Below the pieces are notes generated by a model, which worked only from the letters and a program-made list of their open reading frames with translations, made no database searches and was not told the origin of the DNA. A DNA stretch of 64,000 nucleotides from contig NC_042998.1 of the NCBI RefSeq assembly GCF_006345805.1, positions 23,622,001 through 23,686,000 on the forward strand, in the 5' to 3' direction. Positions 1 to 13,310 of this stretch are shown here, in pieces (the stretch's first letter is position 1; the number at the start of each line of letters is the position of its first letter). Origin of the DNA: Octopus sinensis (lineage: Eukaryota). The position numbers and the translations under genes were made by a program.

Positions 1-185
1 AGATCAGTTATTCGTGATTTTATGCAACATATTCCCCTCTCAGATTCATACGTATTGTAGCGGTTCTTCACTTTTTCTAAGCCCCTGTAAAAGATCTTGA
101 AAGGTTGGGCCTTCAACCGGGCCTTTTGTGATACCCTTAAAACCAGGAACTTTTCAGCACCCCCCTCGTACGTATATATATACAT

Positions 186-500
186 ACATACATACATACA
201 TACATGTGGAAGCGCAATGGTCCAGTGGTTAGGGCAGCGGACTCGCAGTTGTAGGATCGCGGTTTCGATTCCCAGACCGGGCGTTGTGAGTGTTTATTGA
301 GTGAAAACACCTAAAAGCTCCACGAGGCTCCTGCAGGGGGTGGTGATCCCTGCTGTACTCTTTCACCACTCTTTCTCCCACTCTTTCTTCTGTTGGCCTG
401 CTCGCTTAGCCAGCGGGGTGGCATCATTCGAAGGCTAAAACAATGCGAATGCATTGTGACCAGCGATGTGTAACAACGTCTGACGGTCTGACGGTACGCC
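186..500 (+). mobile_element. tRNA-derived SINE, family A
   Basis: tRNA-like head (tggtccagtggttagggcagcg...ggtttcgattccc). Homologous copies at ~39462-39745 (+), ~33415-33685 (-) and ~54016-54182 (3' part). Confidence 0.8.
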
Positions 501-1225
501 ATAAAGTTAAACCCTTTATGGACAGGAAATCCAGCATAACCCCATTAGCCAGCTTTCACCAGGAAAAAAATATAGACTTCATGCTTTTTTCATGCCTCCA
601 GTACAAGTGAGGTTACCGTGCAGTTCACAAGACTATGAGACATGAAGTGCATGTGCGTATGAGTGGGAGGGTTCAGCCTTATCTTTATACTGGCATATGA
701 GGGTTAAGATATCAGACAAGGGGTGGTGGCAGAGAAGGTTTTTGTTATTGAAGCGCTACATAGTTACTCAAGGCTGGATTAAGACCCATAGAGGCTCTAA
801 GCACTTAAAAGATTTTGGTGTCCCCCTATATTTGTAATTCAAAATATAAGCAATGATAAACCATAAAATAAATTTCTATTTTTCAAAATGAAACAAAATT
901 CGCAGTAAGATGGAAAATAATCTTTATTTTTGTATGCTTCCATTTTATTTATATTTGTAAAGTTTTCTACTTTTTTTATTGCAAATTCTTTGATCAGATC
1001 CTTGTTATGCTTGCATAAACTCTTCAAAATTATATTTCTGATCGTATAAACCACTTCAGATATTATTTCAGCAAGTTTAAAGCGATTTTCTTGATGTCGT
1101 AAACCATTTGCTATTTCTGGGGTGCCCCCTCTGCTTTGACACTCTAAGCCTGTGTTTATTTTGCTTAATGGTCAATCCAGTACTGTGGTTAGAGTCACAT
1201 TTAGAAGAGAGTAAAACTGAATCAG

Positions 1226-1645
1226 TACTCTCTCTTACTCTTTTACTCTTTTACTTGTTTCAGTCATTTGACTGCGGCTATGCTGGAGCATCGCCTTTAA
1301 TCGAGCAACTCGACCCCGGCACTTATTCTTTTCTAAGCCCAGTACTTATTCTATCGGTCTCTTTTGCCGAACCGCGAAGTGACGGGGACGTAAACACACC
1401 AGCATCGGTTGTCAAGCAATGCTAGGAGGACAAACACAGACACACAAGCACATACCCACACATATATATATATATAGACATATATACGACAGGCTTGTTT
1501 CAGTTTCCGTCTACCAAATCCACTCACAAGGCATTGGTCGGCCCGGGGCTATAGTAGAAGACACTTGCCCAAGATGCCACACAGTGGGACTGAACCCGGA
1601 ATCATGTGGTTGGTTAGCAAGCTACTTACCACACAGCAACTCCTG
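1226..1645 (-). mobile_element. Abundant ~400-bp bipartite tRNA-derived SINE, family B (young subfamily)
   Basis: Head caggagtggctgtgtggtaagtagcttgc, central microsatellite, tail gtaaaagagtaaaagag. Near-identical copies at ~25387-25803, 34903-35289 and 60547-60930; roughly 20 full or partial copies in the window. Confidence 0.85.
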
Positions 1646-2433
1646 TAGTAACAGCAAATAGATAAATAATGATGATGAGTTGGATGGTTTGACTGAAGAC
1701 TAGTAAGCCAGGGGCTGCACCAGGTTCCAATTTGATTTGGCAAGGCTTCTACAGCTGGATGCCCTTACTAAGGCCAAACACTCTGAGAGTGTAGTGGGTG
1801 TTTTTACATGCCACCGGCACAGGTGCCAATCACCTGACACCAGCATCAGCCATGACTATGATCTCACTTGGCTTGACAGGTCTTCATAAGCATGGTGTAT
1901 TGCCAAAGGTCTTGGTCACTGCCTCCATGAGGCCCAATGCTCAAATGGTGCTTTTTATGTGCCACTGGTACAGTGCCAGTCAAACGGCACTGGCATCAGA
2001 CGTGACTATGATTTCACTCTGTTTGACAGGTCTTCAAGAGCACAGCATATTGTCCAATGATTGAAGGATTATGAGGATTATATATATATATATATAGTTA
2101 ATCCAAACAAGAAAACACAAAAAAAAAACACAGCAACGCAAGGATGTGGAACAAATAAAGTATTATTGGACGCTCAGGAAAGAAGGGAAGAAGGAGGGTT
2201 TAATGTTTCGAGCGGAGCTCTTCGTCGGAAGGGCATCCAGCTGTAGAAACTCTGCCAGATCAGATTGGAGCCTGGTGCAGCCATCTGGTTTGCCAGTCCT
2301 CAGTCAAATTGTCCAACCCATGCCAGCATGGAAAACGGACATTAAACAATGATGATGATGATGATGATGATATATATATTATATGTGCGTGTGTATTACG
2401 CTTATGTATATTATATATGTACTATATATATAC

Positions 2434-2467
<34 letters not shown>

Positions 2468-2716
2468 GTAGAATAATAAAAAAGATAGTTCTTAGTACAG
2501 TCTCATATATTGAAAAAAGTGAGTAGAGATGGCTTTTTTGTGGGGGGATAATTCTATTTTAATAATAATATAGAATTTAAACAAAATGCAAGGTGGTTGT
2601 GACACTTCAAAATTTCTCCAGCAGTGGCTTGTCAGACAGTGTAGGTGAGTATGCATGTGTGTGAGTATATATATATATAATATATATATATATATGTATG
2701 TATATATATATATACG

Positions 2717-2780
<64 letters not shown>

Positions 2781-2904
2781 ATATGCATGTATTATATCAT
2801 ATTATATCATTCATATATATATATAATATATATATTATATATTCATATATGTCATATCTGTTAAGCTAACTTGCACAGCATGTGATTACATTTATGTAAG
2901 AGAC

Positions 2905-3315
2905 CAGGTAGAATGGTGACTGATGTCGCTGCAGTAGTAGCAGCAGCAGCAGTAGCAGCAGAGTTTTCTGCACTGGCAGCAGTGTTCGAAGCAGCAGCAG
3001 CAGCGGCAAGTGCAGCAGTGGGAAAGGTGGTGGTTGCAGCGGGAACAGCAGACAGAGTGATGGTGGTGGTGGCGGCGGCAGTGGTGGTGGTGGTGGCGGT
3101 AGTGGTGGTGGTGGTGGTGGTGGTGGTGGTGCTTGGATTGGTGATTGTAGTATTGTTTGTTTCTGTGGTGTTGGTTGCAGAGTCGGAGGTAGTGGTCATG
3201 GTGGTGATAATAGCAGTAAAGATATCTGTACTGGCGGTAGTTTTAGCAGTGTTATTGTTAGTGATTATAATGACATTGTTGTTGTTGTTGTTGTTGCTAT
3301 TGTTTGGCCGCTGAT
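2905..3315. repeat. Compound trinucleotide low-complexity tract (GCA/GGT/GTT)
   Basis: Visible triplet runs; source of poly-A/V/T ORFs on both strands. Confidence 0.9.
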
Positions 3316-3567
3316 GAAGCAGACTTATAATTAAAGGCATTCCAGCCACGACCACCCTAATCAGTCCTACCCCACCCGGAATGTCTTTTCGTTATTTGTA
3401 ACCATAAGATGTGATTTAAGGAAGTTTTTTTCCTGCTATTTCTAGCAGGTGAAGCACCATGTAGACTTTGTTGTTTGTTTGAGCTTTATGATGACAACAA
3501 CAGTGGAAGCGGCGTGTGATGGTGGTGGTGGTGGTGGTGGTAGCAAGTGATGTAGTTGTTGTGTCGG

Positions 3568-3667
3568 NNNNNNNNNNNNNNNNNNNNNNNNNNNNNNNNN
3601 NNNNNNNNNNNNNNNNNNNNNNNNNNNNNNNNNNNNNNNNNNNNNNNNNNNNNNNNNNNNNNNNNNN
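3568..3667. other. Assembly gap (100 N)
   Basis: Run of N between low-complexity trinucleotide tracts. Confidence 1.
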
Positions 3668-4169
3668 CAGATGTTAAATGGTGATGATGATGATGATGAT
3701 GACGATTATGATGACGATGATGATGATGATGATCTTTGTTTTAATAATATAATAAAAATAGGGTGCTAGTAGAGTATATGGTCTACCACAGTGTCAAACA
3801 GGATTATTTATCTTATTTTTCACATATTTCAGAAATAAAAAAAACTTCAGATATTTCAGAGATCACTTTTTTTTCAGAATCATAGTTTTAGCATCTAACC
3901 ATGGTCACTCAGTGGCCTGTGAGTGTGCTCCAGTCACTGGACCCTCATAATGTCGTTGATGGTTCACTGTCAGATGGTGATGACCTATGGCATTTAAATT
4001 ATTATAAGCGGGCTGCTCATCTGAATGAATTAGTGAACCTTTTTCACATTCTCTTTCAATAATTGGGATCAGACTGTTCCCGTCATGCCCTTGACAGTCT
4101 AAGCCTTGCTTGAGACTGAAAACCCACTACCGGTCAATTCTATGTCCATGGTTCCTGTTGTTTCATTGT

Positions 4170-4595
4170 TCTACATCACTGCCTTCGAAGAGAGAAGCAT
4201 TGTCGCCATTCAGCAATCTTCCGCAATTATAATTTTGTCAATCAGCAAAACGGTGACCTTTGAGCTATAATTTTCATATTGGGAATGAGATGGAAGTCCG
4301 CAGGTGCTAAATCTGGTGACTAAGATGGGTGCAGAAATGACACCATGTTGTTTTGTTTTTGGTGAGAAACTCATGAATGAGGAGAGCTCTGCAACAGGGT
4401 GCATCGCTGGTGTGATGAATCCAATTCTTTGCACTCCACAATTTCAATCATTTTTGACAAATGTCCTCCCTGAAATGCCTTCAAAAGGTCACAGTAGAAC
4501 TTATGATTGATGGTCTGGCTCTGGGAGATGAACTCTCGATGCACACTACCATGGATGTTGGAAAAAATTGTGAACATACTCTTGACATAAGACAT
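4170..4595 (-). pseudogene. Decayed mariner transposase C-terminal fragment
   Basis: KSMFTIFSNIHGSVHREFISQSQTINHKFYCDLLK, plus frameshifted HDNAP-, YSPDLAP- and KGHRF-like segments. Confidence 0.8.
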
Positions 4596-4986
4596 GAAAT
4601 ACCATTAAAAAAAAAAACATTTGGATAATAGCCAAGTTGTTATATGAACCATCAATAATTAATGAAACATAATGAATAGCAGCAACTTCAAAGTCTTTCA
4701 CATATTAAGTGCTTATACACACACACACAGACCCCCCTACACACACAAACACAATGTTTTTGCGTTATAATAAAAACAGTTTTTCATTAAATTGAAGGAT
4801 TATTCAATACATTTGGTGAGGAACAAATCTGTTATTCTTCAATAAAAGTAGTTTTGACAGTGACTTCGAAGTTTTGACCAGCTAAGCTATCATCAGACAG
4901 GCCAATGATGGTGAAAGTGGCCAAAATGTCAAAGTCACTGTTAATAATATTCCTGTTAAAGAATAATATATACATGTTGTGTGTGT

Positions 4987-5022
<36 letters not shown>

Positions 5023-6356
5023 ATATATATATAAATTAATAAATAAAACATATGCATGTATACATACCATATGTACGCACCACCTCTACATGTATATATA
5101 CACGCATATATGGGTACAGGACACCAAAAACATTGAACACACTGAGAAACGAAACATAAACAGAAAACCAAGGAACTGGACATTTTTTTTTTAACAGTAA
5201 TATTATTAACAGTGACTTTGACATTTTTCTTAAACAACGAAAAAATAGAGTACAGGACAAATAACACAAGGAAACTTCCCCTTCTTCAGTTGCCATGGTT
5301 TCATCTACTCTGCGTTTCAAAGAAACTTTCCTTCCCGCGAAAAGCAAATTAAATAAAATTTGAGATCTTTTTGCAGAGGGGTAAAAATGGTAACAAAAAC
5401 AGGACAGTAACGACAGTACAAAATATAAGCAGTAAAAGACAGGACAAGGAGAATAACAAGACAAGAAGGGCTGTTAAGCCGAACGAGAAAAAGTATTACG
5501 AACGCTATCTTTGAGAACGACGAAGGAGCAACAGAAAATGCCATCCTCACTTCAAGGCATTTTCTGTTGCTCCTTCGCATTTTCTGTTGCTCCTATATTT
5601 CTGCCAAAGGTGGTCCTACCCCATACTAATATAGATTTATTTGAAATTTTAAGGTGTTTCCATTATTTTGTCCAACCCCTGTATATATATATATATATAT
5701 ATAGACAGACAGATAGATAAATAGATAGATAGATAGATAGATACATATATAATATTAGGGAGTATAACTCCAAACTTAAAGGGGAAAATTCAATTTAGTA
5801 TCAATCAAATTTCACAATATAAGTATATAATATATATAAATTAGAGAAAAACCACTATTATGCAGTTCAAATAATGATAGACATAACCAAATGGTAAAGA
5901 AAAAATAAAATATATCATAAAAACATATAACTAGATCACAAAAAGTACAAAAAATGAATAAACAATATAAAGTAAAAAGACTATGTAAGTTTTTTCTTAT
6001 CATTTGGTTTATGTCTATCATTGTTTGGATTACATAATAGTAGTTTTTCTCAAATTTATATATATATATATATAATAATAAATATTAGGGAATAATCCAA
6101 ATTTACAGGGAAAAATCAGATTTAGGGTTGAATCCAATTTTATAGTAAAATATTATATAATATTAATTAGAGACAAAACCACTATTTGCAAATCAAACAA
6201 AGAAAGACTTAATCTAATACATAAAAAAATTTAATATAAAGTAAATAAATAAAATTTTATTTTATTTATTTTATTTACTTATATTAATTTTTAATGTATT
6301 GGATAAGTCTTTCTTTGTTGATTTGCAAAAATAGTGGTTTTGTCTCTAATTAATAT

Positions 6357-6410
<54 letters not shown>

Positions 6411-6622
6411 ATATATAATAATATTTATTAATAAGAGAGAGAGAGAGAGTTCTTTCATTACCCATCTACCAAATCCAGTCATAAGGCTTTGCTTGATCTG
6501 AGGCTAATACTTGCTCAAGGTGTGTCACACAGTAGAACTGAACCTAGAAACCATGTGGTTGGGAAGCAAACTTCTTACTGCACTGCCATGCCTGCATGCA
6601 CAAACACACACACACACACACG

Positions 6623-6666
<44 letters not shown>

Positions 6667-7461
6667 CACACACACACACACACACACAACACACACCACA
6701 CACATATATATATATATATATATGTATGTATTGGTATGAATGTATATTCCAATGTATATTCATACAACTACACAACAATTGAAATGGGAAATGGAAACAA
6801 CAGCAAAGCTTATTGAAATCCTGGACACTTCTCATCAGCCATGGAAACAAGAATCAGTTTAGTTTCTCCATGGTTAAAATCTAAAGACTTTTACCCTTTA
6901 GCATTCAAATTACTACCAACTGTAATATTTATTTATCTACATTGCTTTGAATTTAATCACGGATTATCTCATGAATTTGAGATTTCTATCGTGTTATTGT
7001 CTATTTTTAGCATGACATTATAAGGTAGGTATGAAAGGCCTGATCTGGCTAGTCTGAATATGAAACAGTTAGAATATTTGGGTCTGATGTGGCAGGTTCG
7101 AGCACCAAATGGTTAAATTCCACGATACAACTCTGTTTGGTTGCACCAGTGATAGTTAATGTCACTGAGATATTGACATTACAAAAAAATAAATATATAG
7201 ATGTTGTTTTCTGCTGTGACTGCGAAGACCCGACAAATAATGTGAATTTATGGCTGTTTCTTGCACCAGTTTCACATAGCAGCCCCAGCCTATCCAAAGT
7301 ACCTTGGATCACAGAATGGCCTGCTGTGCTTACCTTAGATCTTAGGGTGATCCGGTGTGCTTGAGGAGACCTATTGAGTCAAGTACATCAACATCAAAAT
7401 AAAAAATCAAATGTGGGAGTGCTATGATCTCAAGTGTCTTCTACTATAGCTTTGGGCTGAC

Positions 7462-7797
7462 TATTTATGTGCCAGTGGCACATAAAAAGTACCATCCGAA
7501 CGTGGCTGATGCCAGCGCCACCTTGACTGGCTTCCGTGCCGGTGGCACATAAAAAGCACCAACCAAATCATGGCTGCTGCCAGCTTCCCCTGGTACCTGT
7601 GCTGGTGGCACGTAAAAAGCACCCACTACACTCACAGAGTGGTTGGCGTTAGGAAGGGCATCCAGCTGTAGAAACACTGCCAGATCAGACTGGAACCTGG
7701 TGCAGCCTCCTGGCTTCCCAGACCCCGGTCAAACCGTCCAACCCATGCTAGCATGGAAAACGGATGTTAAACTATGATGATGATGATGATGATGATG
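7462..7797 (+). mobile_element. RTE 3'-end element ending (ATG)n
   Basis: Shares the 3'UTR of the 61.5-62.8 kb RTE. Other copies at ~2228-2370, 21890-22172, 35690-36117, 36790-37312, 41205-41371, 45236-45488 and 48560-48790 (-). Confidence 0.8.
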
Positions 7798-8243
7798 ATT
7801 GTATGTCTGTTTCTCTGTCTGTCTGTCTGTGCTTATATTTATGATATTCATGAGGATGTATATAGATGAAATCATTAATAGACAAAGAAATATGAGCCTG
7901 GGGAATAAACAAAGATTATATGTGATTAATATAATTTGGCAATTAAAACAAAAGTACTTGCTTATTATTGAATGTGTTTACCCAATAAACAAGCTGGCTA
8001 ATTATTATATACTTCTTGTCTCCATAATGACTTTACATTGATTTAAAGGGATTGGCAAAACATAACAGTTGCACGTTCATTTGGTCAGTGTTTTTAAAAT
8101 GTATCAGGCTTGGCTGTGTGGTTAAAACTTTTGCTTTCCAATCACATGGTTACAGGTTCAGGCCCACTGTATGACACCATGGTAAATATCTTCTGCTATA
8201 GCCAATGGCTGACCAAGGTTTGTGAATGAATATGTGCATGTGT

Positions 8244-8876
8244 GAGTGGCTGTGTGGTAAGAAGCTTGCTTACCAACCACATGGTTCTGGGTTCAGTCTC
8301 ACTGCGTGGCACCTTGGACAAGTGTCTTCGACTATAGCTTTGGGCTGACCAAAGCTTTGTGAGTGGATTTGGTAGATGGAAACTGAAAGAAGCTCGCCGT
8401 ATATATGTAAAGAGTATACACACACAGACACACACAGATAAAAATGCACACACACAAATACATACTGGCATATATACACACACTCACATACATACACCCA
8501 TAGACACACTCTTGATGGATGTCAGCTTGTAAATGAGTATGACCTTTACAAAGCCTGAGCAAAATTCTAGATTCAATACACAACACCTCATAGAATCTTT
8601 GCACCCATTGACATTATCCAGAGACAAGCCAAAGCAAGTGCCAATATGGGCTGCAGGCTCAGGAATGTGGGAGTGCTATGATCTCAAGTGCAAACAAAAG
8701 ATCCTGGAAGTGTCCTATGCCATTTCCTGCATATCTGAATGATATCAGAGCGACCTCTCTCCAAGAGACATGCACTAAAAGCTGATGGGTGCCTTATTCC
8801 TGGTGATTTTCGAACATGCTGGACACCAACCTATTCTTTTTGAGGGCCTGTGCTTTTGGTAGATAGGTGTTGAACC

Positions 8877-8922
<46 letters not shown>

Positions 8923-9150
8923 CGTGTGCATATGCACATGTATCTGTGTTTGTCCCCCCCCCCTTACAGTCACTTGACAACCAGTGTTGGTGTGTTTACG
9001 TCCCCTGTAACTTAGGGCATGGCAAAAGAGACTGATAGAATAAGTACTAGGCTTACAAAGAATAAGTCCTGGGGTCAATTTCTTCAACTAAAAGTGGTGC
9101 TCCAGCATGGCCACAGTCAAATGACTGAAACAAATAGAAGAATTAAAGAA
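8244..9150 (+). mobile_element. Family B SINE split by a ~370-bp insertion in its central microsatellite
   Basis: 5' half ~8244-8400, unrelated segment ~8500-8875, 3' half ~8941-9150. Confidence 0.7.
8500..8875 (+). pseudogene. Possible decayed LINE endonuclease fragment
   Basis: One frame reads YLNDIRATSLQET, like the APE-endonuclease LQET motif; multiple stops; weak. Confidence 0.25.
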
Positions 9151-9304
9151 TAAACTGATAGCCTTGGGCCTAAAGTAGAAACAAGTATTATCATACTAGG
9201 GTTCTTTAGGGGCTGTGGCTGCCCATATTCCAGACCCTTTTTGGGATCTGTGAAATTTCAAAATTGATTTGACAAATTGTTGTATTTTCTGGCATACAAT
9301 TCTT

Positions 9305-9513
9305 TATTCTTTTACTAGTTTTAGTCATTTGACTGCAGCCATGCTGGAGCGCCACCTTTGGTTGAACTATTCAACCCCAGGACTTATTTTTTGTAAACCT
9401 AGTACTTATTCTAATGGTCTCTTTTGTCGCACCTCTAAGTTACAGGGATGTGAACACACCAACATTGGATGTCAAGCGATGGTCGAGAGACAAATGCAGA
9501 CTCACAAACAACC

Positions 9514-9553
<40 letters not shown>

Positions 9554-11232
9554 AAACACACACACACACGCACAACGGCTTCTTTCAGTTGAAATTTTCA
9601 AACCAAAATTTATACTTTAAAGCCAAAGAAGGTAGATTGACTTATAATCGAAGATGATTTTGGAGGAGCAAAAATTCCATGTGAAATGTAGCAAGGTTTG
9701 CAAGGATAATGACATGTTTGAATGATTACTCTACATGTTTACATTATATACAACTTTGACTTGTATACCGGGAAATACAGTATCATCTTTTATCCATTAC
9801 TTGCTTGAGTCATTAGACTGCAGCCACCCTGGGGAACCACCTTGAGATTTTGGTCGAATGAATTGACCCCAGTGTATATTGTATTTTTTTAGAAGCCTGT
9901 TACTTCTTCTATTGGTCTCTTTTGCTGAACTGCTAAGTTACAGAATGTAAACACACCAGCATTAGTTGCCAAGCAGTTGTGGGAGACAAACACAGACACA
10001 AAGACACACACACACACACACACACAGATGTGCTACAGGCTTCTTTCTGTTTCCATCTACCAGATTTACTCACAAAGCTTTGTGTTAGTCGAGGCTGTAC
10101 CAGAAGACACTTGCCCAAGGTGGCAGGCAGTGGGTCTGAACTTGGAACCATGTGGGCTAGAACAAGCTTTTTACCATACAACCATGCCTGTGCCTAATAA
10201 AAATTATATTGGATTTAAACTTTTTAACTTTCTCCAACACCATAGCAAAAAAAAAAAAAAGAATTATATGGATACAAACTCCATTATTATTATTCTTTTT
10301 TTTTTCCATTTATAAAGAATGGTGAGAAACACAAACGCTTTTGCTTATATTCCCCACCTAAAATATAAGCTTTGGCTTATATTTTGGGTGGGGATTTGTG
10401 TGTGGACCTGGTATTTGCCAGTTTGTAAAACCGCTGGTTATTTGATTGACTGAATGCTTTTGAGCAAAAGCTGGGTCAAATGGCTGAGGGTGTTTCATAT
10501 CATATACATCATATATTAAAGTTGATTCAATTGAAAGTCAGTTAAGATGTGACCTTGTACCAGATTTAGAAAGTAGATATTATTTTGATTAGCATTACTA
10601 TGTTACAGAAACAAAGAGATTTCAGTTTATTTGCATCACATTCTAGCCAATAAAAGTGTTTTAATTCTTTTCCAGTCGCTTTTTTTAACTGCTGTTAAAT
10701 TGTGGTGGGTAAAAACAAATTACTCTTTTCTTTTTCCTTTCATTCTGTCATTAAACTGTGATTTCTGAGTCTAAGCTGTGCCAGCCATTAACATGTCTGT
10801 GCATGTATGTGCATGCATGGACATGTGTGTGTGTGTATATATACATACATATCTTTTATCTTTTACTTGCTTCAGTTGTAGGACAACACCTTGAAGAATT
10901 TTTAGTTGAATGAATTGACCCCAGAGCTTATTTTTTAAAAGCCTGGTACTTTTTCTATGGGTCTCTTTTGCCAAGCCACTTAATTATGGGGGATGCAAAC
11001 ACTTGACAACAAGCATTGGCAGGAGACAGTGACAAAAAGACACACACACATACATACATATATATATATGACAAGCTTCTTTCAGTTTCTATCTACCAAA
11101 TCCACTCTCACGGCTTTGGCTAGCCCAAGGCTATAGTAGAAGACACTTGTCCAAGGTAACATGCAGCAGGATTGAGCCTAGAACCATGTGGTTGGGAAGC
11201 AAGCTTCGTACCACACAGCCATGCCTGCACCT
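9305..11232 (-). mobile_element. Three family B SINE copies (~9305-9590, 9800-10197, 10850-11232)
   Basis: Same diagnostic blocks, diverged. Confidence 0.8.
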
Positions 11233-11871
11233 ACATCTGAATACATATACGGTGACACCTTGCAGTACGAGTTTGATTTGTTCCATAACCAAGCTCATTT
11301 TACGATTTAGTTATTGTACAACTCAATTTTCCCCACTGAAATTAACTAAAATATAATTAATCCATTTCAGCCCTACAAAATTACTAAAACATAATTTTTT
11401 ATGAGTTGTAAACCAGAAAAGGTATAGTTGCAAGTAAAATGGCAATTATAAAAAAGAGAATGCAAAAGAAATATATGTAAACTGGTTTGATTAACTGAAT
11501 TACCTTAAAGATGGGATGAGTCGTGTACTCATACTGCGGATTTCCACTCATACTTCAAGACAAAATTTCACATGAGTCTAGGCTCATACAGCAACTTATT
11601 TGTACAATGGTGCACTTGTACAGTGAGGTTCTACTGTATTTCAATGTTTCAGTCTTGCTGACATCAAGACAAACATTTTAAACTGTTTGACATGATAATT
11701 ACATAATTAATTAGAGCGTTACCCCTCATATGACTTTGGTAACTTTGGAAGTACACTTTTACCACCTAAGCCATCTTTAATGACTAGTGACAGACCTTTG
11801 GTGATATATTCTGCTTAAGAGGACCCGTCAAGCCAAGTGCACCCGTGCTGAAGGCACATAAAAAAAAAATC

Positions 11872-12135
11872 AACATTTGAACGTTGGGTCTCATGGAGGC
11901 AAAATGGCTGAGTACCTTTTGAGTGTTGGGCCTCATGGAGGCACAGTGACTGAGTTCCTTTTGAGTGTTGGGCCTCATGGAGGCAAAATGGCTGAGTACC
12001 TTTTGAGTGTTGGGCCTCATGGAGGCATAGTGACTGAGTTCCGTTTTGAGAATTGGGCTGCATGGAGGCAAAGTGGCTGAGTACTTTTCAAGTGTTGGGC
12101 CTCATGGAGGTGAAGTGGTTGAGTTCCTTTTGAGC
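11872..12135. repeat. 42-bp minisatellite, 6 units, alternating subtypes
   Basis: catggagg recurs every ~42 bp. Confidence 0.85.
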
Positions 12136-13278
12136 TAGGGTTTGTTCTCTGTGCATTCAATAAATGTTTTTGATGTTTTTATGAGTGAGGATTGACTGGT
12201 TACTTATTTGTGGTGAGAGGCAAGGATGTTATGTTCATGGTATGAGCTAGAAGTATATTAAAGACAAAGAAACTCTTTTAAACACAGGTCATTTGGAAAC
12301 CAAAAATCCTGTTTGTCTATCTTGTTGGGAACCATCTCAAACCTCTGCTGCATGCATGTATGCATGTGCTGCATGTGACACATTTTTTGCCTCCTCAACA
12401 CAAATTCTTGCATGTTTTTGCTTTTATAACCTCCATTAAGTGGTAACAACCAGAACATGATAGAAAGTCTTTTAATATGGGGTGATAATTCTATAAACTC
12501 TTTGGTTAGTACCCAAGACATGCCACATGATCTAAGTATGGTCCAAACCTAGTTACTAAAGATGTAAGGTTTCAATTCTAGGTTTTGCTACTGTTTTATA
12601 GAATTGTATAAACCAAAGATGACATGGTCAATGAACCATGGATCGTTTATGCAATATTTAGTCAGCAGCGACTTCTGTTTCTAGATGGAGTGGATCATAA
12701 AGTTTTAAGTGTGTTAGCTGATGATAAAAGCTTAGTGTCCTTGAAAGGATACAAGTTTCCTCTTGTTATGAGAATCGGATTGCATCCAAAAAACCCAAGT
12801 GAACTGAAGAAATCATTCTGGAAGTTCTGATACAATCAAATGTTTAGAATCACAGAAATATTCTTTGTAAATAATATAGGAGCAAAAATTATGGAAACAT
12901 TCAAAGTAATGTATACATGTGTATGTATGTTTGTGTGTGTGGGGAGCGTATATGTGTATGGGTACATATGTACTTGTGTGTTTGAGTGTGACTGTACTTG
13001 TGTGGATGTGTGTGTTTGTGTGTGTGTGTGTGTGTTTGTGTGTGTGCATGCATATGTGCACACATGTGATTTCAGATGTTAAGAAATAATAAAGAATAAT
13101 TTTTGGATAAAATTCAGAATTATCCATGAGAAGCAATTTTGCTACAGAATGGAAAATGTTATTTTTAGAAAGCTTATATCTATATCTATATGTATATATA
13201 TGTATGTATTATATATAATATATATATACTATATATATTATATATAATATATTATATATATATATATATATATAATTA

Positions 13279-13310
<32 letters not shown>

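Noticed and set aside
186-275. tRNA-like sequences here and at ~39772-39845 and ~56490-56562
   Set aside because: They are SINE heads continuing into SINE bodies and lack a proper acceptor stem.
2861-3355. Poly-T/A/V/N ORFs on both strands
   Set aside because: Trinucleotide low-complexity tract next to an assembly gap; no splice or domain support.
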